A stretch of DNA of 64,000 nt from Mytilus trossulus (GCF_036588685.1 NW_026963294.1:124001-188000); one strand, 5' to 3'; numbered from the stretch's first letter, positions 24,976 through 37,493 are shown. Numbers and translations are program-made. Notes: generated by a model not told the origin, from the letters alone.

Positions 24976-25669
24976 GATGGGCGTTAATATTGATTTACTT
25001 ATAGGGTCTTTGCATCGGAACTAAACACATTTATAAAAAAACAGTTGTTGGCATGACACAGGTTATGTTCTTCTCATATATGTTATGATGGTATGATACT
25101 AAACCCCTAACGGGAAAGAGTGTGCCTGATGTACATATGATGAAATCATAATCTTTCATTCAGTTTAATTGAAGTCTGGAGCTGGCATGTCAGTTAATTT
25201 CTAGTAGTCTGTTGTTATTTATGTATTATTGTCATTTTGTTTATTTTCTTTGGTTACATCTTCTGACATCAGACTCGGACTTCTCTTGAACTGAATTTTA
25301 TTGTATGTATTGTTATTCGTTTACTTTTCTACATTGGCTAGAGGTATAGGGGGAGGGTTGAGATCTCACAAACATGTTTAACCCCGCCGCATTTTTGCGC
25401 CTGTCCCAAGTCAGGAGCCTCTGTCCTTTGTTAGTATTGTATTATTCTAATTTTAGTTTCTTGTGTACAATTTGGAAATTAGTTTGGCGTTCATTATCAC
25501 TGAACTAGTAAATATTTGTTCAGGGGCCAGATGAAGGACGCCTCTGGGTGCGGGAATTTCTCGCTACATTGAAGACCTGTTGGTGACCTTCTGCTGTTGT
25601 TTTTTTACTATGGTCGGGTTGTTGTCTCTTTGAGACATTCCCCATTTCCATTCTCAACATTTCCATTTT
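24976..25669 (+). mobile_element. Non-autonomous retroposon family 1, 694 bp
   Basis: Interrupts integrase KWAF|NPP and is flanked by ATTC. Its 3' end ...acattccccatttccattctcaa recurs at 27784-27836, 43416-43600 and 60848-60928. Confidence 0.85.
25336..25426 (+). ncRNA. Putative P5-type twister-like ribozyme
   Basis: GGCUAGAGGU-AUA-GGGG-GA-GGG...UAA-CCCC-GC-CGCA/UGCG-CCUG-UCCCAAGU-CAGG-A-GCCUCUGUCC. Confidence 0.7.
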
Positions 25670-26432
25670 ATTCAACCCTCCTGCCGCGTCACACTTTGGA
25701 GGCGTGAGGGAGAGATTAATAAGATCAGTACGAAAGTTGTTATATTCTGTCATGCAAGAGCAGAGTCTTGGATTGAACAATGAAAATTTAAATACATTGT
25801 TTTGTGAAGTGGAAGCAATCTTGAATAACCGTCCGATTTCTGAAGTATCTGAACACGTAGACGATTTAAAGGTGCTTACTCCGAATCATCTTCTCTTATT
25901 AAGACCTGGTGAATACTTTCCTCTAGGAACTTTTTGTAAGACAAACAATTACGTAAGAAGACGTTGGCGACAAATACAATATCTAGCCGACATTTTTTGG
26001 AAGAGATGGACTCATGAGTATTTGCCTTTATTACAAAGTAGGCAAACGTGGAACTCTGAGAAGCGAAACTGGAAAAAAGGAGACATTGTATTGATCCAGG
26101 ATAATACACCGAGGAATCTTTGGAACTTAGGAAGAATATTTGAAGTACTAAAGAACAAGTCGGACAATGTTCGTATAGTGAAACTAAAAACATATTTAAC
26201 AACTTTATTACGACCAGTCGCAAAGTTGTGTTTGGTATTAGAAGCTGACATTTACACTCATAGTTTGCACTTGTTGTGTTAGAACAGTAGCTTGTGTTTG
26301 AAAGTACTTTGTTGAATAAATGGACTATATATAAGTTTAGTTTAGAGATTGTCACTTAGATTGAGAAATTATTTGGCCTCCTTATAATTTTTGATAATTG
26401 AGTTCTTTAAGACCACAATTAAGGGGCTGGAA

Positions 26433-26971
26433 TGTAGCGTCCAAATTTGAAAACAAAAAAAATTGTTGCCTATTGTTGCATTTTTTGGTAATTAGTGACA
26501 TTCTATTTTGAGATAAGTTACTTTCCCTTTACTTTAATGAACCCTTTCAGGGAATTTGCACGAAACGTGCTTGGTGAAAATCTTTGATTATGATGAAAAT
26601 AAGGAATATACTAGAGTCAACCAATATGGTATGTTTCTTTTATTTAATGCAGATAAAGTATCTTTCATGTTTAAAGTTAGAAATTTTGAGTTTAATTGAT
26701 GTAAAACTGATAAAACTTGACCTTGATAATTTGGCAATTATTTACCGTAAATGTTCATAATATTACATTTTTTAAAGAGAACAAGTGTATGTTACTACCG
26801 TAAATGTTATGATAGTTGCACTTTTGTATTGTATTATAATTCACAAAATGTTAGTTTTGATAGTAGAATTAAGTGTGTTTTATCTTTTATTTTGTAGTTA
26901 ATCTTTTCGTACACTTGAATAAAGAGAATTGAACGGAAGGAATTATTATTTTATTTGGTATAGACATCATA
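26433..26971 (+). repeat. 3' LTR of BEL/Pao element
   Basis: Follows the PPT and matches the 5' LTR. Confidence 0.92.
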
Positions 26972-29600
26972 CTACGACACAAAAAGCATACAATCACAGT
27001 AGATGTGGAGTATACGTCAACGTGTAAACAGCAACCCTACGACACAAAAACATACAATCAAAGTAGATGTGAAGTATACGTCACCATGTAAACAGCAACC
27101 CTACGACATAAAAACATACAATCAAAGTAGATGTGAAGTATACGTCACCATGTAATCAGCAACCCCACGACATAAAAACATACAATCAAAGTAGATGTGA
27201 AGTATACGTCAACGTGTAAACAGCAACCCTACGACATAAAAACATACAATCAAAGTAGATGTGAAGTATACGTCAACGTGTAATCAGCAACCCTACGACA
27301 TAAAAACATACAATCAAAGTAGATGTGGAGTATAACGTCAACGTGTAAACAGCAATCTTACGACACAAACACATGCAATCAAAGTAGATGTAGTATACGT
27401 TAACGTGTAAACATCAACCCTACGACATAAAAACATGCAATCAAAGTAGATGTGGAGTATAACGTCAACGTGTAAACAGCAATCCTACGACACAAAAAAA
27501 CATACAATCAAAGTAGATGTGAAGTATACGTCAACGTGTAAACATCAACCCTACGACATAAAAACATGCAATCAAAGTAGATGTGGAGTATAACGTCAAC
27601 GTGTAAACAGCAATCCTACGACACAAACACATGCAATCAAAGTAGATGTAGTATACGTCAACGTGTAAACATCAACCCTACGACATAAAAAACATACAAT
27701 CAAAGTAGATGTGAAGTATAACGTCAACGTGTAAACAGCAACCCTACGACATAAAAAAAACTTACAATCAAAGTAGATGTGAATAGATTGAGAATGGAAA
27801 TGGGGAATGTGTCAAAGAGACAACAACCCGACCAAAATACGTCACCGTGTAAACAGCAACCCTACGACACAAACACATGCAATCAAAGTAGATGTAGTAT
27901 ACGTCAACGTGTAAACAGCAACCCTACGACATAAAAACGTACAATCAAAGTAGATGTGAAGTATACGTCAACGTGTAAACAGCAACCCTACGACATAAAA
28001 ACGTACAATCAAAGTAGATGTGAAGTATACGTCAACGTGTAAACAACAACCCTACGACAAAAAAACATACAATCAAAGTAGATGTGAAGTATACGTCAAC
28101 GTGTAAACAGCAACCCTACGACATAAAAACATACACTCAAAGTAGATGTGAAGTATACATCAACGTGTAAACAACAACCTTACGACATAAAAACGTACAA
28201 TTAAAGTAGATGTGAAGTATACGTCACCGTGTAAACAGCAACCCTACGACACAAAAAAACATACAATCAAAGTAGATGTGAAGTATACGTCAACGTGTAA
28301 ACAGCAACCCTCCGACATAAAAACGTACAATCAAAGTAGATGTGAAGTATACGTCACCGTGTAAACAGCAACCCTACGACATAAAAACACGTACAATCAA
28401 AGTAGATCTGAAGTATACGTCAACGTGTAAACAGCAACCCTACGACACATAAAAACATACAATCAAAGTAGATGTGAAGTATACTTAAACGTGTAAACAG
28501 CAACCCTACGACATAAAACATACAATCAAAGTAGATGTGAAGTATACGTCACCGTGTAAACAGCAACCGTACGACATAAAAACGTACAATCAAAGTAGAT
28601 GTGAAGCATAAGTCACCGTGTAAACAGCAACCCTACGACACAAAAAAACATACAATCAAAGTAGATCTGAAGTATACGTCAACGTATAAACAGCAACCCT
28701 ACGACACAAAAAAACATACAATCAAAGTAGATCTGAAGTATACGCCAACGTGTAAACAGCAACCCTTCGACACATAAAAAACGTACAATCAAAGTAGATG
28801 TGAAGTATACGTCACCGTGTAAACAGCAACCCTACGACATAAAAACGTACAATCAAAGTAGATGTGAAGTATACGTCACCGTGTAAACAGCAACCCTACG
28901 ACATAAAAACGTACAATCAAAGTAGATGTGAAGTATACGTCACCGTGTAAACAGCAACCCTACGACATAAAAACGTACAATCAAAGTAGATGTGAAGTAT
29001 ACGTCACCGTGTAAACAGCAACCCTACGACATAAAAACGTACAATCAAAGTAGATGTGAAGTATACGTCACCGTGTAAACAGCAACCCTACGACATAAAA
29101 ACGTACAATCAAAGTAGATGTGAAGTATACGTCACCGTGTAAACAGCAACCCTACGACATAAAAACGTACAATCAAAGTAGATGTGAAGTATACGTCACC
29201 GTGTAAACAGCAACCCTACGACATAAAAACGTACAATCAAAGTAGATGTGAAGTATACGTCAACGTGTAAACAGCAACCCTACGATACAAAAAAACATAC
29301 AATCAAAGTAGATGTGAAGTATACGTCACCGTGTAAACAGCAACCCTACGACACATAAAAAACATACAATCAAAGTAGATGTGAAGTATACGTCACCGTG
29401 TAAACAGCAACCCTACGACATAAAAACATACAATCAAAGTAGATGTGAAGTATACGTCAACGTGTAAACAGCAACCCTACGACATAAAAACATACAATCA
29501 AAGTAGATGTGAAGTATACGACAACAAATATAGAGAAACCAAGCGACACACATACTATATGGTGAAAGTATATGTAAAGTAAATTACAATTTTCATACAG
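26972..29600. repeat. 64-bp satellite, subtype B (right part, about 40 units)
   Basis: Resumes at the TSD; identical units at about 28800-29250; decays at about 29520-29600. Confidence 0.95.
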
Positions 29601-30788
29601 CAACCCAACGAAACACATAACCAAAAGACCTCTACAGGTCTTCATAAATAGACAGATATCTCTAAGACAAGCTTAAAATCGTCCAGAAACTAAAAATGTG
29701 TATTAGCACATGTGTCTTCAGCATGTATATTGTAGATCATTCTAACGAATAATAATTTCTGGTGGTAATACATACGCTGGTAAAGTCTTTGTTTGAATTT
29801 TACCGGATATTCTAGGGAATCATAATTAACAAATTATCAAATATTACAGTACATTCAAGAATCCAAAAACGAAAAATAGATTTTTTTGCTGATCTAGAGG
29901 TTGCACCTGTTTGTTTTTGTATTATTTACAGCTAGCAGTAGTTTGCATGCAATATGCCCCAATTAGAACCAATGGAAAAGGCCTCCTCTACATATTTACT
30001 GTAAATCTGAGGTCGGATAATGTGGTCTTATTTTGAAATCAGGAATCGAAAGTTATGACAGATTCCGGTACTCATTACCACAAGTTAATTTGTGTGTTAA
30101 TGTAATAGATGTGCCTTGATTTGACTAGGTTAATTCCCCTTAATTTGGACAGATTAATTATTTAGTATTTAAATGTTTATTTTAAGTTTAATTTTATTTA
30201 AACACAGTAAGATAAAAGTAAGGATTGTTAATTTAACTGTTTTAGTATTTAACTTTCGATGTTTTTATAATGTTTTATGAATATTTATTTATTCAACTTT
30301 TCTTCAGTACCGTTTCAGTTACAGTTACCCTGTTTAATGACAAGTTTAGAATATCATTTGATATTCAGTCGGAGTCGGCCTTGCACAGGCCTCCAAATAC
30401 TCGCCGGACTGTATCAGTTCACTTGAGTTAGAGTTAGCCACCACTTCGGTGCAGTTCGCCAGAGTTAGTCACCCCTTTATGGTGCAAATTTCACTACTTT
30501 AAAACACAACGCGAAGCAAATTTACTTAACTTTTAAGACTAGCTCTGGGAACACTTCATTTTCATTTTAACTTTGAAATAATTACTCTATTTTTGACTCC
30601 TGTTTATATCCGACTTTGTTTAATACATGCAATTATTGTACTTTTGTGAATAAAATATAGTTTCGTTTGATTCATTGTCTGTTGTTCAGCCATAATCTGA
30701 TATCAGGTATCCCAATGGTCGAATAGGGGCGAAGTACTGGCCGCTACACGTCCCGGAAGGTGTCGTCACCGACCCCCTCCGTTACAAA

Positions 30789-30806
30789 TGGTGCCGTGAC
30801 CAGGAT
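30789..30806 (+). promoter_or_regulatory. Primer binding site, tRNA-His type
   Basis: TGGTGCCGTGACCAGGAT lies 2 nt after the LTR; the tRNA-His PBS is TGGTGCCGTGACTCGGAT. Confidence 0.8.
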
Positions 30807-30882
30807 ATCTGATCCCTCAGGTTTTGGTTTGAATATCTTAATTACATTTATTTTTGATTTTGTTTAAATTTTGATTTTTAAA

Positions 30883-31599
30883 ATGATAAAGTTTGAACAG
30901 AAACCTTGTACCTTTGATGGTGTTAGTGCTGATGTACAAGATTATTTTATTCAATTTGAAGCAGTTAGTTTTTGGAATAACTGGAATTTTTCTGAAATGG
31001 CTCTTCAGTTAGTAATAAATTTAAGAGAAGAAGCACGAACTATTTTACGTCTTCTTACTCCTGTTCAGTTGCAAAGCTACAGTTTTTTGAAAAGTTTGTT
31101 AATTCAACGCTTTAATCCTAAGGAAAGGATACTTTTTTATAAATTTCAACTGAAAAATTGTACAATTTTGCCAGATGAATCTGTGTTTGATTTTGGACAT
31201 AGATTAAAACTTTTATGCCATCGTGCATATCCAGATAATTTCCATAGTATGGAACCTTATGGTATGGACATTTTCATTGACAAATTAGAGAAGGAAATGG
31301 GAGAGTTTGTTCGTTTTAAGCATCCTGCAACTTTTGATGATGCTATATTTTTGGCTACAGAGTTTGAGTCTTTTAAGTTGACAGTTGAACCTGTTGAATG
31401 TGAAATTGAGGAAAGGGAAGAAAGTTTAGATTTAAGTTGTTTGAAGTCTGGTTTTGATCAAATTGTCAAAGTTTTTAAGAAGCTTGTTTATAGGAAGTTT
31501 AAAGTTAAAAAATGTTTTAATTGTTCGGTAGTTGGACATATCAGAGCTAATTGTCCAAATAAAGTTTGTAAAAGTGTCAATTCTGTTCATGTTGTTTAA
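30883..31599 (+). CDS. gag: Retrotransposon Gag with CCHC zinc knuckle, 238 aa from the ATG
   Basis: FDG...DYFIQFEAVSFWNNW...LREEA...LIQRF capsid-like pattern; CFNCSVVGHIRANC. Confidence 0.85.
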   Translation: MIKFEQKPCTFDGVSADVQDYFIQFEAVSFWNNWNFSEMALQLVINLREEARTILRLLTPVQLQSYSFLKSLLIQRFNPKERILFYKFQLKNCTILPDESVFDFGHRLKLLCHRAYPDNFHSMEPYGMDIFIDKLEKEMGEFVRFKHPATFDDAIFLATEFESFKLTVEPVECEIEEREESLDLSCLKSGFDQIVKVFKKLVYRKFKVKKCFNCSVVGHIRANCPNKVCKSVNSVHVV

Positions 31600-32341
31600 C
31601 CAGAAAAACCAGTTTCTACTTCAGTTAATACATGTAATAAGAATGTGAAAAAATCATGTAGAGTTGTCAAAAGAGTTCAAAGTTTATTTCCAACTGATTT
31701 GCATAGTTCTTTATCTGATTATTTGAATTCTAGCATGGATGATTTTTCTTGTTGGAAGGATAAGCCAGTTAAAGTTTTCATATAATATGTTTTATTTGTT
31801 TTAATTTGTATATATTTAGTCTTTTACTTATTTTGTCAGTTTATATTATTGTTTAGTAGGTATGGTTTCAAAGTTTTTGGATTTTGTTGTTTTTCTTGGT
31901 CACGTTAATGAGCCGGATTTGTTATCGAAACCACCCTCAAAAACGTTGTTTGATTAGATTGTGTTTTCTTTAGATGTTGGTTTGTTTAGATTGTAGAGTA
32001 GTTTCTTGTTGGAATAGTTTTATTTATGAGTTTGCTCATTTATTTGGATTTTTAACCTCTCTGAACAAGTTTTATTGTTTTGAATTTGTTTCATTGGGTT
32101 ATGGTATTCCTTTTGTGACTTTTTAAAGTCATGGCAGAAATCTATTGAGTGGCAGTTAGTTTATGTGTGAAGACAACCAGCTGATATAGTAAGCCGTTCT
32201 TGTATCGAGAACACCTTTCTTACTTTTGGTACAACGTTTGATCATCTTGAACCTGGAATCACATGTTTAACGTGATTCTGTGAGATCTACAATGGTGGAC
32301 TAAACCTGGTACAACGATGGACTTAAAGAACCCGAAAACAC

Positions 32342-32731
32342 ATGTTAAGAGTGTTTTTTGTGAGATCAACAATTGGTGGACTATACCTGGTACAACTTGA
32401 ACCATGCAGATTAGCCGTATTTACATTCCGTTTCCGTTTGAAGGACTATTTGTGGAATGCTGTACATATGCTGTGGCCATTTACCGTTGGATATATATGC
32501 TATGGATTATTGTACTTTATAAACCGTGTTTACCGCCTATTCCTGGACGTTTATACCGTGTGGAACTTTCCCGATGGTTGGGCCGTGTGTTTATTTGACA
32601 TTTTTGTGACATTAATTGACATTTTGTTTGCATTGTTTTATATTGTTTATTGTTTTCAACACATCTATTTGAAATATTTTTTCCCAAATATTAATTTCTT
32701 TAATATTTGTCCTAAGGGGGGAGGAATGTAA
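32342..32731 (+). CDS. Hypothetical hydrophobic 129-aa ORF in the env-like position
   Basis: ATG-started ORF ending in the PPT/LTR, with two hydrophobic segments; no recognisable motif. Confidence 0.25.
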   Translation: MLRVFFVRSTIGGLYLVQLEPCRLAVFTFRFRLKDYLWNAVHMLWPFTVGYICYGLLYFINRVYRLFLDVYTVWNFPDGWAVCLFDIFVTLIDILFALFYIVYCFQHIYLKYFFPNINFFNICPKGGGM

Positions 32732-33794
32732 TAGATGTGCCTTGATTTGACTAGGTTAATTCCCCTTAATTTGGACAGATTAATTATTTAGTATTTAAAT
32801 GTTTATTTTAAGTTTAATTTTATTTAAACACAGTAAGATAAAAGTAAGGATTGTTAATTTAACTGTTTTAGTATTTAACTTTCGATGTTTTTATAATGTT
32901 TTATGAATATTTATTTATTCAACTTTTCTTCAGTACCGTTTCAGTTACAGTTACCCTGTTTAATGACAAGTTTAGAATATCATTTGATATTCAGTCGGAG
33001 TCGGCCTTGCACAGGCCTCCAAATACTCGCCGGACTGTATCAGTTCACTTGAGTTAGAGTTAGCCACCACTTCGGTGCAGTTCGCCAGAGTTAGTCACCC
33101 CTTTATGGTGCAAATTTCACTACTTTAAAACACAACGCGAAGCAAATTTACTTAACTTTTAAGACTAGCTCTGGGAACACTTCATTTTCATTTTAACTTT
33201 GAAATAATTACTCTATTTTTGACTCCTGTTTATATCCGACTTTGTTTAATACATGCAATTATTGTACTTTTGTGAATAAAATATAGTTTCGTTTGATTCA
33301 TTGTCTGTTGTTCAGCCATAATCTGATATCAGGTATCCCAATGGTCGAATAGGGGCGAAGTACTGGCCGCTACACGTCCCGGAAGGTGTCGTCACCGACC
33401 CCCTCCGTTACAGTTAACATTACGATAAAACTTCTTACATTAGCATTTGTTAGAACATTTAAACCATATTCTCTTAATAATGTTAAAAACATACATTTAC
33501 AATGGAATTTTCATTTTGGTTGATGATCTGAATTTACACTAGGTCGGTCCAAACGGTTAAAAAGATATGAGTACAGTGATTCTGCATACTAGTCTTCATG
33601 TTAGTTTATAATCAGTATATCAACTTATCACTCATTCTTATGTTATATGCAGTTGATTGTATGCATGGGTTTTCAGTGGCAAATATCACACGCATACCTA
33701 CGACTAGAACATGTTAATGTGATTGATATGATAATAAACCCTCTTTGTATAGACCTAATCATATATGTAAGAATTTCGAGATGTGACAAATAAA

Positions 33795-34180
33795 AATAAG
33801 GAGATCGTGTATGATTGACAATGAGACAACTATCCATCACAGTTCAAATGAAGTGGATGTAATTACATGATTGCTGATTAAATAATTACTAATCAGATGT
33901 AAGAAATCATAAGTCACCTTACGACCTTTAACAATGAGCAAAACCTATACCGTATGGTAAGTTATAAGAGATATCAAAAAATGTAAAACAATTCAAGCGG
34001 GAAAACAAACGGTCGGATTATGATAAAACAATAAACGAACAAACAAAAAATATGATAGACATCAAATAACAGATATCACTAGATTGCAAGTTCCTGACCT
34101 CGGACAGGCACATATAGAATCTTTACGAGCGCCAAACCCTCGCCAAACCGGAGAGAGAACTAACTGTCAACATCAGTTGG
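33795..34180 (-). mobile_element. Degenerate retroposon family 2 copy
   Basis: tatgattgacaatgagacaact...ttcctgacctcggacaggcac. Confidence 0.65.
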
Positions 34181-36859
34181 AAAGGTGCTAACGTACCAAT
34201 GCTATTTATTATTTTTGAAGGTAGTATATATCATATATAGGAAAACGCCAAAAACTTCATAACTGTACAACATTGTATTGCATTTCAAATACCAATACTC
34301 AAACACATTTACTGATTTGTTTTTCGTAAGCGTATATAGTCTGCAATTTAAATATTCAAATGGATACTTTTTTTAATATTTTCATGTTTGAAAATAAACT
34401 TGTTTCAGTGTTATTATTGAAGCCAACACAGAAGTAACTTTTCTTTATCACAATTATATAAAGAGTAATTTTTGTTTTTTGTTATCGACTTATTACGTAC
34501 AGTGAAGAGGTTTGACCGGTTTTCTCTGTATTCGTTTACTCTTAAAAAAAAATTAAAAAAATACAACGGTGTGATTTATGAATACAAAAGTAATGTACAT
34601 GAAAGATTTGTAATGGATCCTCTTAATTAAATTCCTGGAAATATTCGAAGTAAGCTGTCTACAATCAATCAACACACAAGATCATGGAGATTTTGTAATT
34701 AATAATAATTACATTACATGGATGTTGCATTATAATGCATTGTTTTGATTGGCTAACAGCAATCTCGTGTCACTCTAAAATTAACCTTCATTTCAAAATG
34801 AAATGTAAAATTCATGATGACAAGAGCTTCCACACAAAAGTGCACAGGTAAATAAAAGAAAACACTTGATAGAAATCGTGTTTCAATGATCCTAGCAAAC
34901 AATGTAATTATAAGTATGGAATGCTTCTTTTAGTAATTGTATAGGGTTATATAAGAGTTGACCACACGCACATTTTTGAAATGTACTTCGGACAACGCTT
35001 TTTCAACCCAATGAATTTACAATAAGAAGCATTCAATTCAATGAATGACTGTGTGATTCTAAGAAAGAAAAAAAAGAAGTGGACCTTTTTAATTGATAAA
35101 CATTGAGCGACAATAAGGTTGAATCTGTACAGTTATTAACAAAATTAAGTTTAGAGAGGGACAGCCGCTAATAGCGGTTTCTGATGTTTCAGTTTTTTTA
35201 AGCCCAGATTTAATATTACAGAACAAAAAAGTTTTAAAAAAAACCGGTGAACGTCTAAACATGATGTATTTCGAAATGCACTAATAAATATACGAATACA
35301 GTTTGCAACATTCATATTTCTGCAATCACGATATGAAGGATAATGACGTAAGATTCCATGCGAGGTCGAACTCGTAATATCATGCGGAAATTTCACTTAA
35401 ACGTGAGACCGAGCCGAAGACAGTTCTGCAAGTTTATATTTATATAGTCACCTCATGGTAAATATGTACATGAATATGCAGTGAATACTTTTCAATCGCT
35501 TACCATTGAAATGGAATTGTTATTCTATCTGATACATTTAATCTCGTCTGATTACTTTTTGTCCTATAGAATATACGTTAACATCTAATAAGTTATCTCC
35601 AATATGAAAGTTTTCTAAAAGAAAAAAATCTCTTAAGATTTGTGTTTTTTTTATTTATTGGAAACACTTTAATCCCAAAGGATTATTTAAGACGAATGTT
35701 CTCTCATAGGATTTTGTTGTGTCTGCTTAAAAAGACCTTTGAATAGTTTGGCAAAGCACCCCAACAGTTAGGTGCGTCCCGTAACATTCGGGAAACTCAG
35801 CCGATTTTGTCTAGTCGGATTACAGTCGTGCTTATGTCGTGACAGATTCTGCTGTATCGCTGTCTGATCTCAAGCGGGAGTAATAATCGGCAATGTGTGA
35901 ACCCCGCATTACAAAATTTAATTAAAGTTTGAATTTCCATCCACGATTCATAGGATCTTGATGAGACTTTTGATAAATTTTAATCGGGAATGGTCCTGTC
36001 AAGGACGGCAATAAAAATCGTGAATGTGTTACCCCAGCTTTAGGTAGAACATGTTTGGGTTTTATATTACCTGTACCTTGACAGATGTGTTTGCCAAAAT
36101 TAGTTGACCTACCTTGAACAAAAGACGGAATTGAGCAGTGCAAATTATTTTGAAAAATTGTTTGTGACAGGAAACTTGATGTATAGTTATCAACAATAAA
36201 CAGTGTCTGCACGTATCGTTTTCGTTTAAATTAAAGTTTAACTTTATATGATGTGGACATGATTTAGATCAGCTGGCTTAAAAAACTATAAGACTATAAT
36301 TTTACAAAAATGTTTCTTATTTTCACCTATAATAAGAAAACACAATCGATACACTTTAATATCAAATTGATAAAAATAGTAAAAACAGTTTAACAAATAT
36401 ATTTTTTCTAATGAAGATGGCGAATATCTTATTTTACTACATCATATTAATAATGATGGTGGAAGCTTCTCAAAGATAATCAGCACCTGGTTAAAGTTAA
36501 AGAAAGTAAACAAAGCAATTACCAGACCAATAATATAAGATTGAATGATAAAGGACTGGAATAGTATGCACCATTAAGGTTGGTAGATTTATCAACTTTA
36601 GAAAGTGTGGAAAAGATTTATGATGACGGATGAAATATGTTCATCGTATATATCTAACATGCATATTCAGGACAATGCAATTATTGTATTTAACATTTCG
36701 GGGTTGACACGCCAAGCCTCGTTTTAGCGAACCGTTTCATGAAACAGTTCGGAAAAAGATATTTCATCAAACACTAGCACATTATTCCATCTCCGGTCAA
36801 CGCAACCATGTAAAGAAGTGGAGATAATAATGTTCTCTACATTTGTAAATTTTATATAG

Positions 36860-37070
36860 ATATAGGAAGATGTGTTATGAGCGCCAATGAGACAACTTTC
36901 ATCCAAGTAACAATTTATAAAAGTGAACCATTATAGGTCAAGGTACGGCCTTCAACACAGAGCCTTGGCTCACACCGAATAGCAAGCTATAAGGGACCCC
37001 AAAAATTACTAGTGTAAAACTATTCAAACGGGAAAACCAAAATATAAATATAAAAACGAGAAACGAGCAT
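36860..37070 (-). mobile_element. Retroposon 3' fragment (family 2 variant)
   Basis: Reverse complement matches 45420-45525; also similar to 62545-62640. Confidence 0.7.
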
Positions 37071-37493
37071 GTAATCATAATGGAATGGCCATTGATTGTT
37101 TGACTGAATGATAAATGGATTAATTTCTCATTAAATAAAAGAGACGTGGGTAGACGTCAGCCTAGACAGCAACCAAGCGACAAAAATGATCAAAGAGGAC
37201 AACAAAAAGTCTTCAACAAAAAACAGGTGTTTATACGATATGTCAAGCTCTCAATCTTCTCGATTCTATTTAGATTGTGAATACATTTAATAAAAAACTA
37301 TCTTTCAATAGGTTGGATACATATTTTTTTCCCCCATGGTCAGTTGATAGTATTGCTTGTTAACCCGAAACAAGGTTTGGAGACTCGTTACAATTCTTCC
37401 TTTTTAGAATTCTCCCTCTCCGACTAGTTTTGAGACTTTTTCATCTTCTCATTATAATTATCTTTTTTGTTGTTGTTTTTATTATTATTAATG

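Larger units (their letters stand above)
23915..26282 (+). pseudogene. BEL integrase, split by two insertions
   Basis: LRVGGRL, HRSVGH...CVIC, GMDFFG, SDNG, KWAF/NPPAASHFGG, ERLI, LTPNHLL. Confidence 0.93.
5675..26971 (+). mobile_element. Degenerate BEL/Pao LTR retrotransposon, about 7.3 kb after removing five nested insertions
   Basis: Two LTRs; 5-bp TSD CTACG (5670-5674, 26972-26976); PPT aaggggctggaa (26421-26432); order gag-PR-RT-RH-IN with Pao-type motifs. Confidence 0.95.
30101..33412 (+). mobile_element. Young non-autonomous gag-only LTR retrotransposon (Gypsy-like)
   Basis: 686-bp TG...CA LTRs (30101-30786, 32727-33412) that look identical; TSD GTTAA; PBS; PPT aaggggggaggaa (32714-32726); no pol. 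Confidence 0.95.

Noticed and set aside
35150-36212. Short ORFs as host exons
   Set aside because: No recognisable domain and no consistent splice pattern
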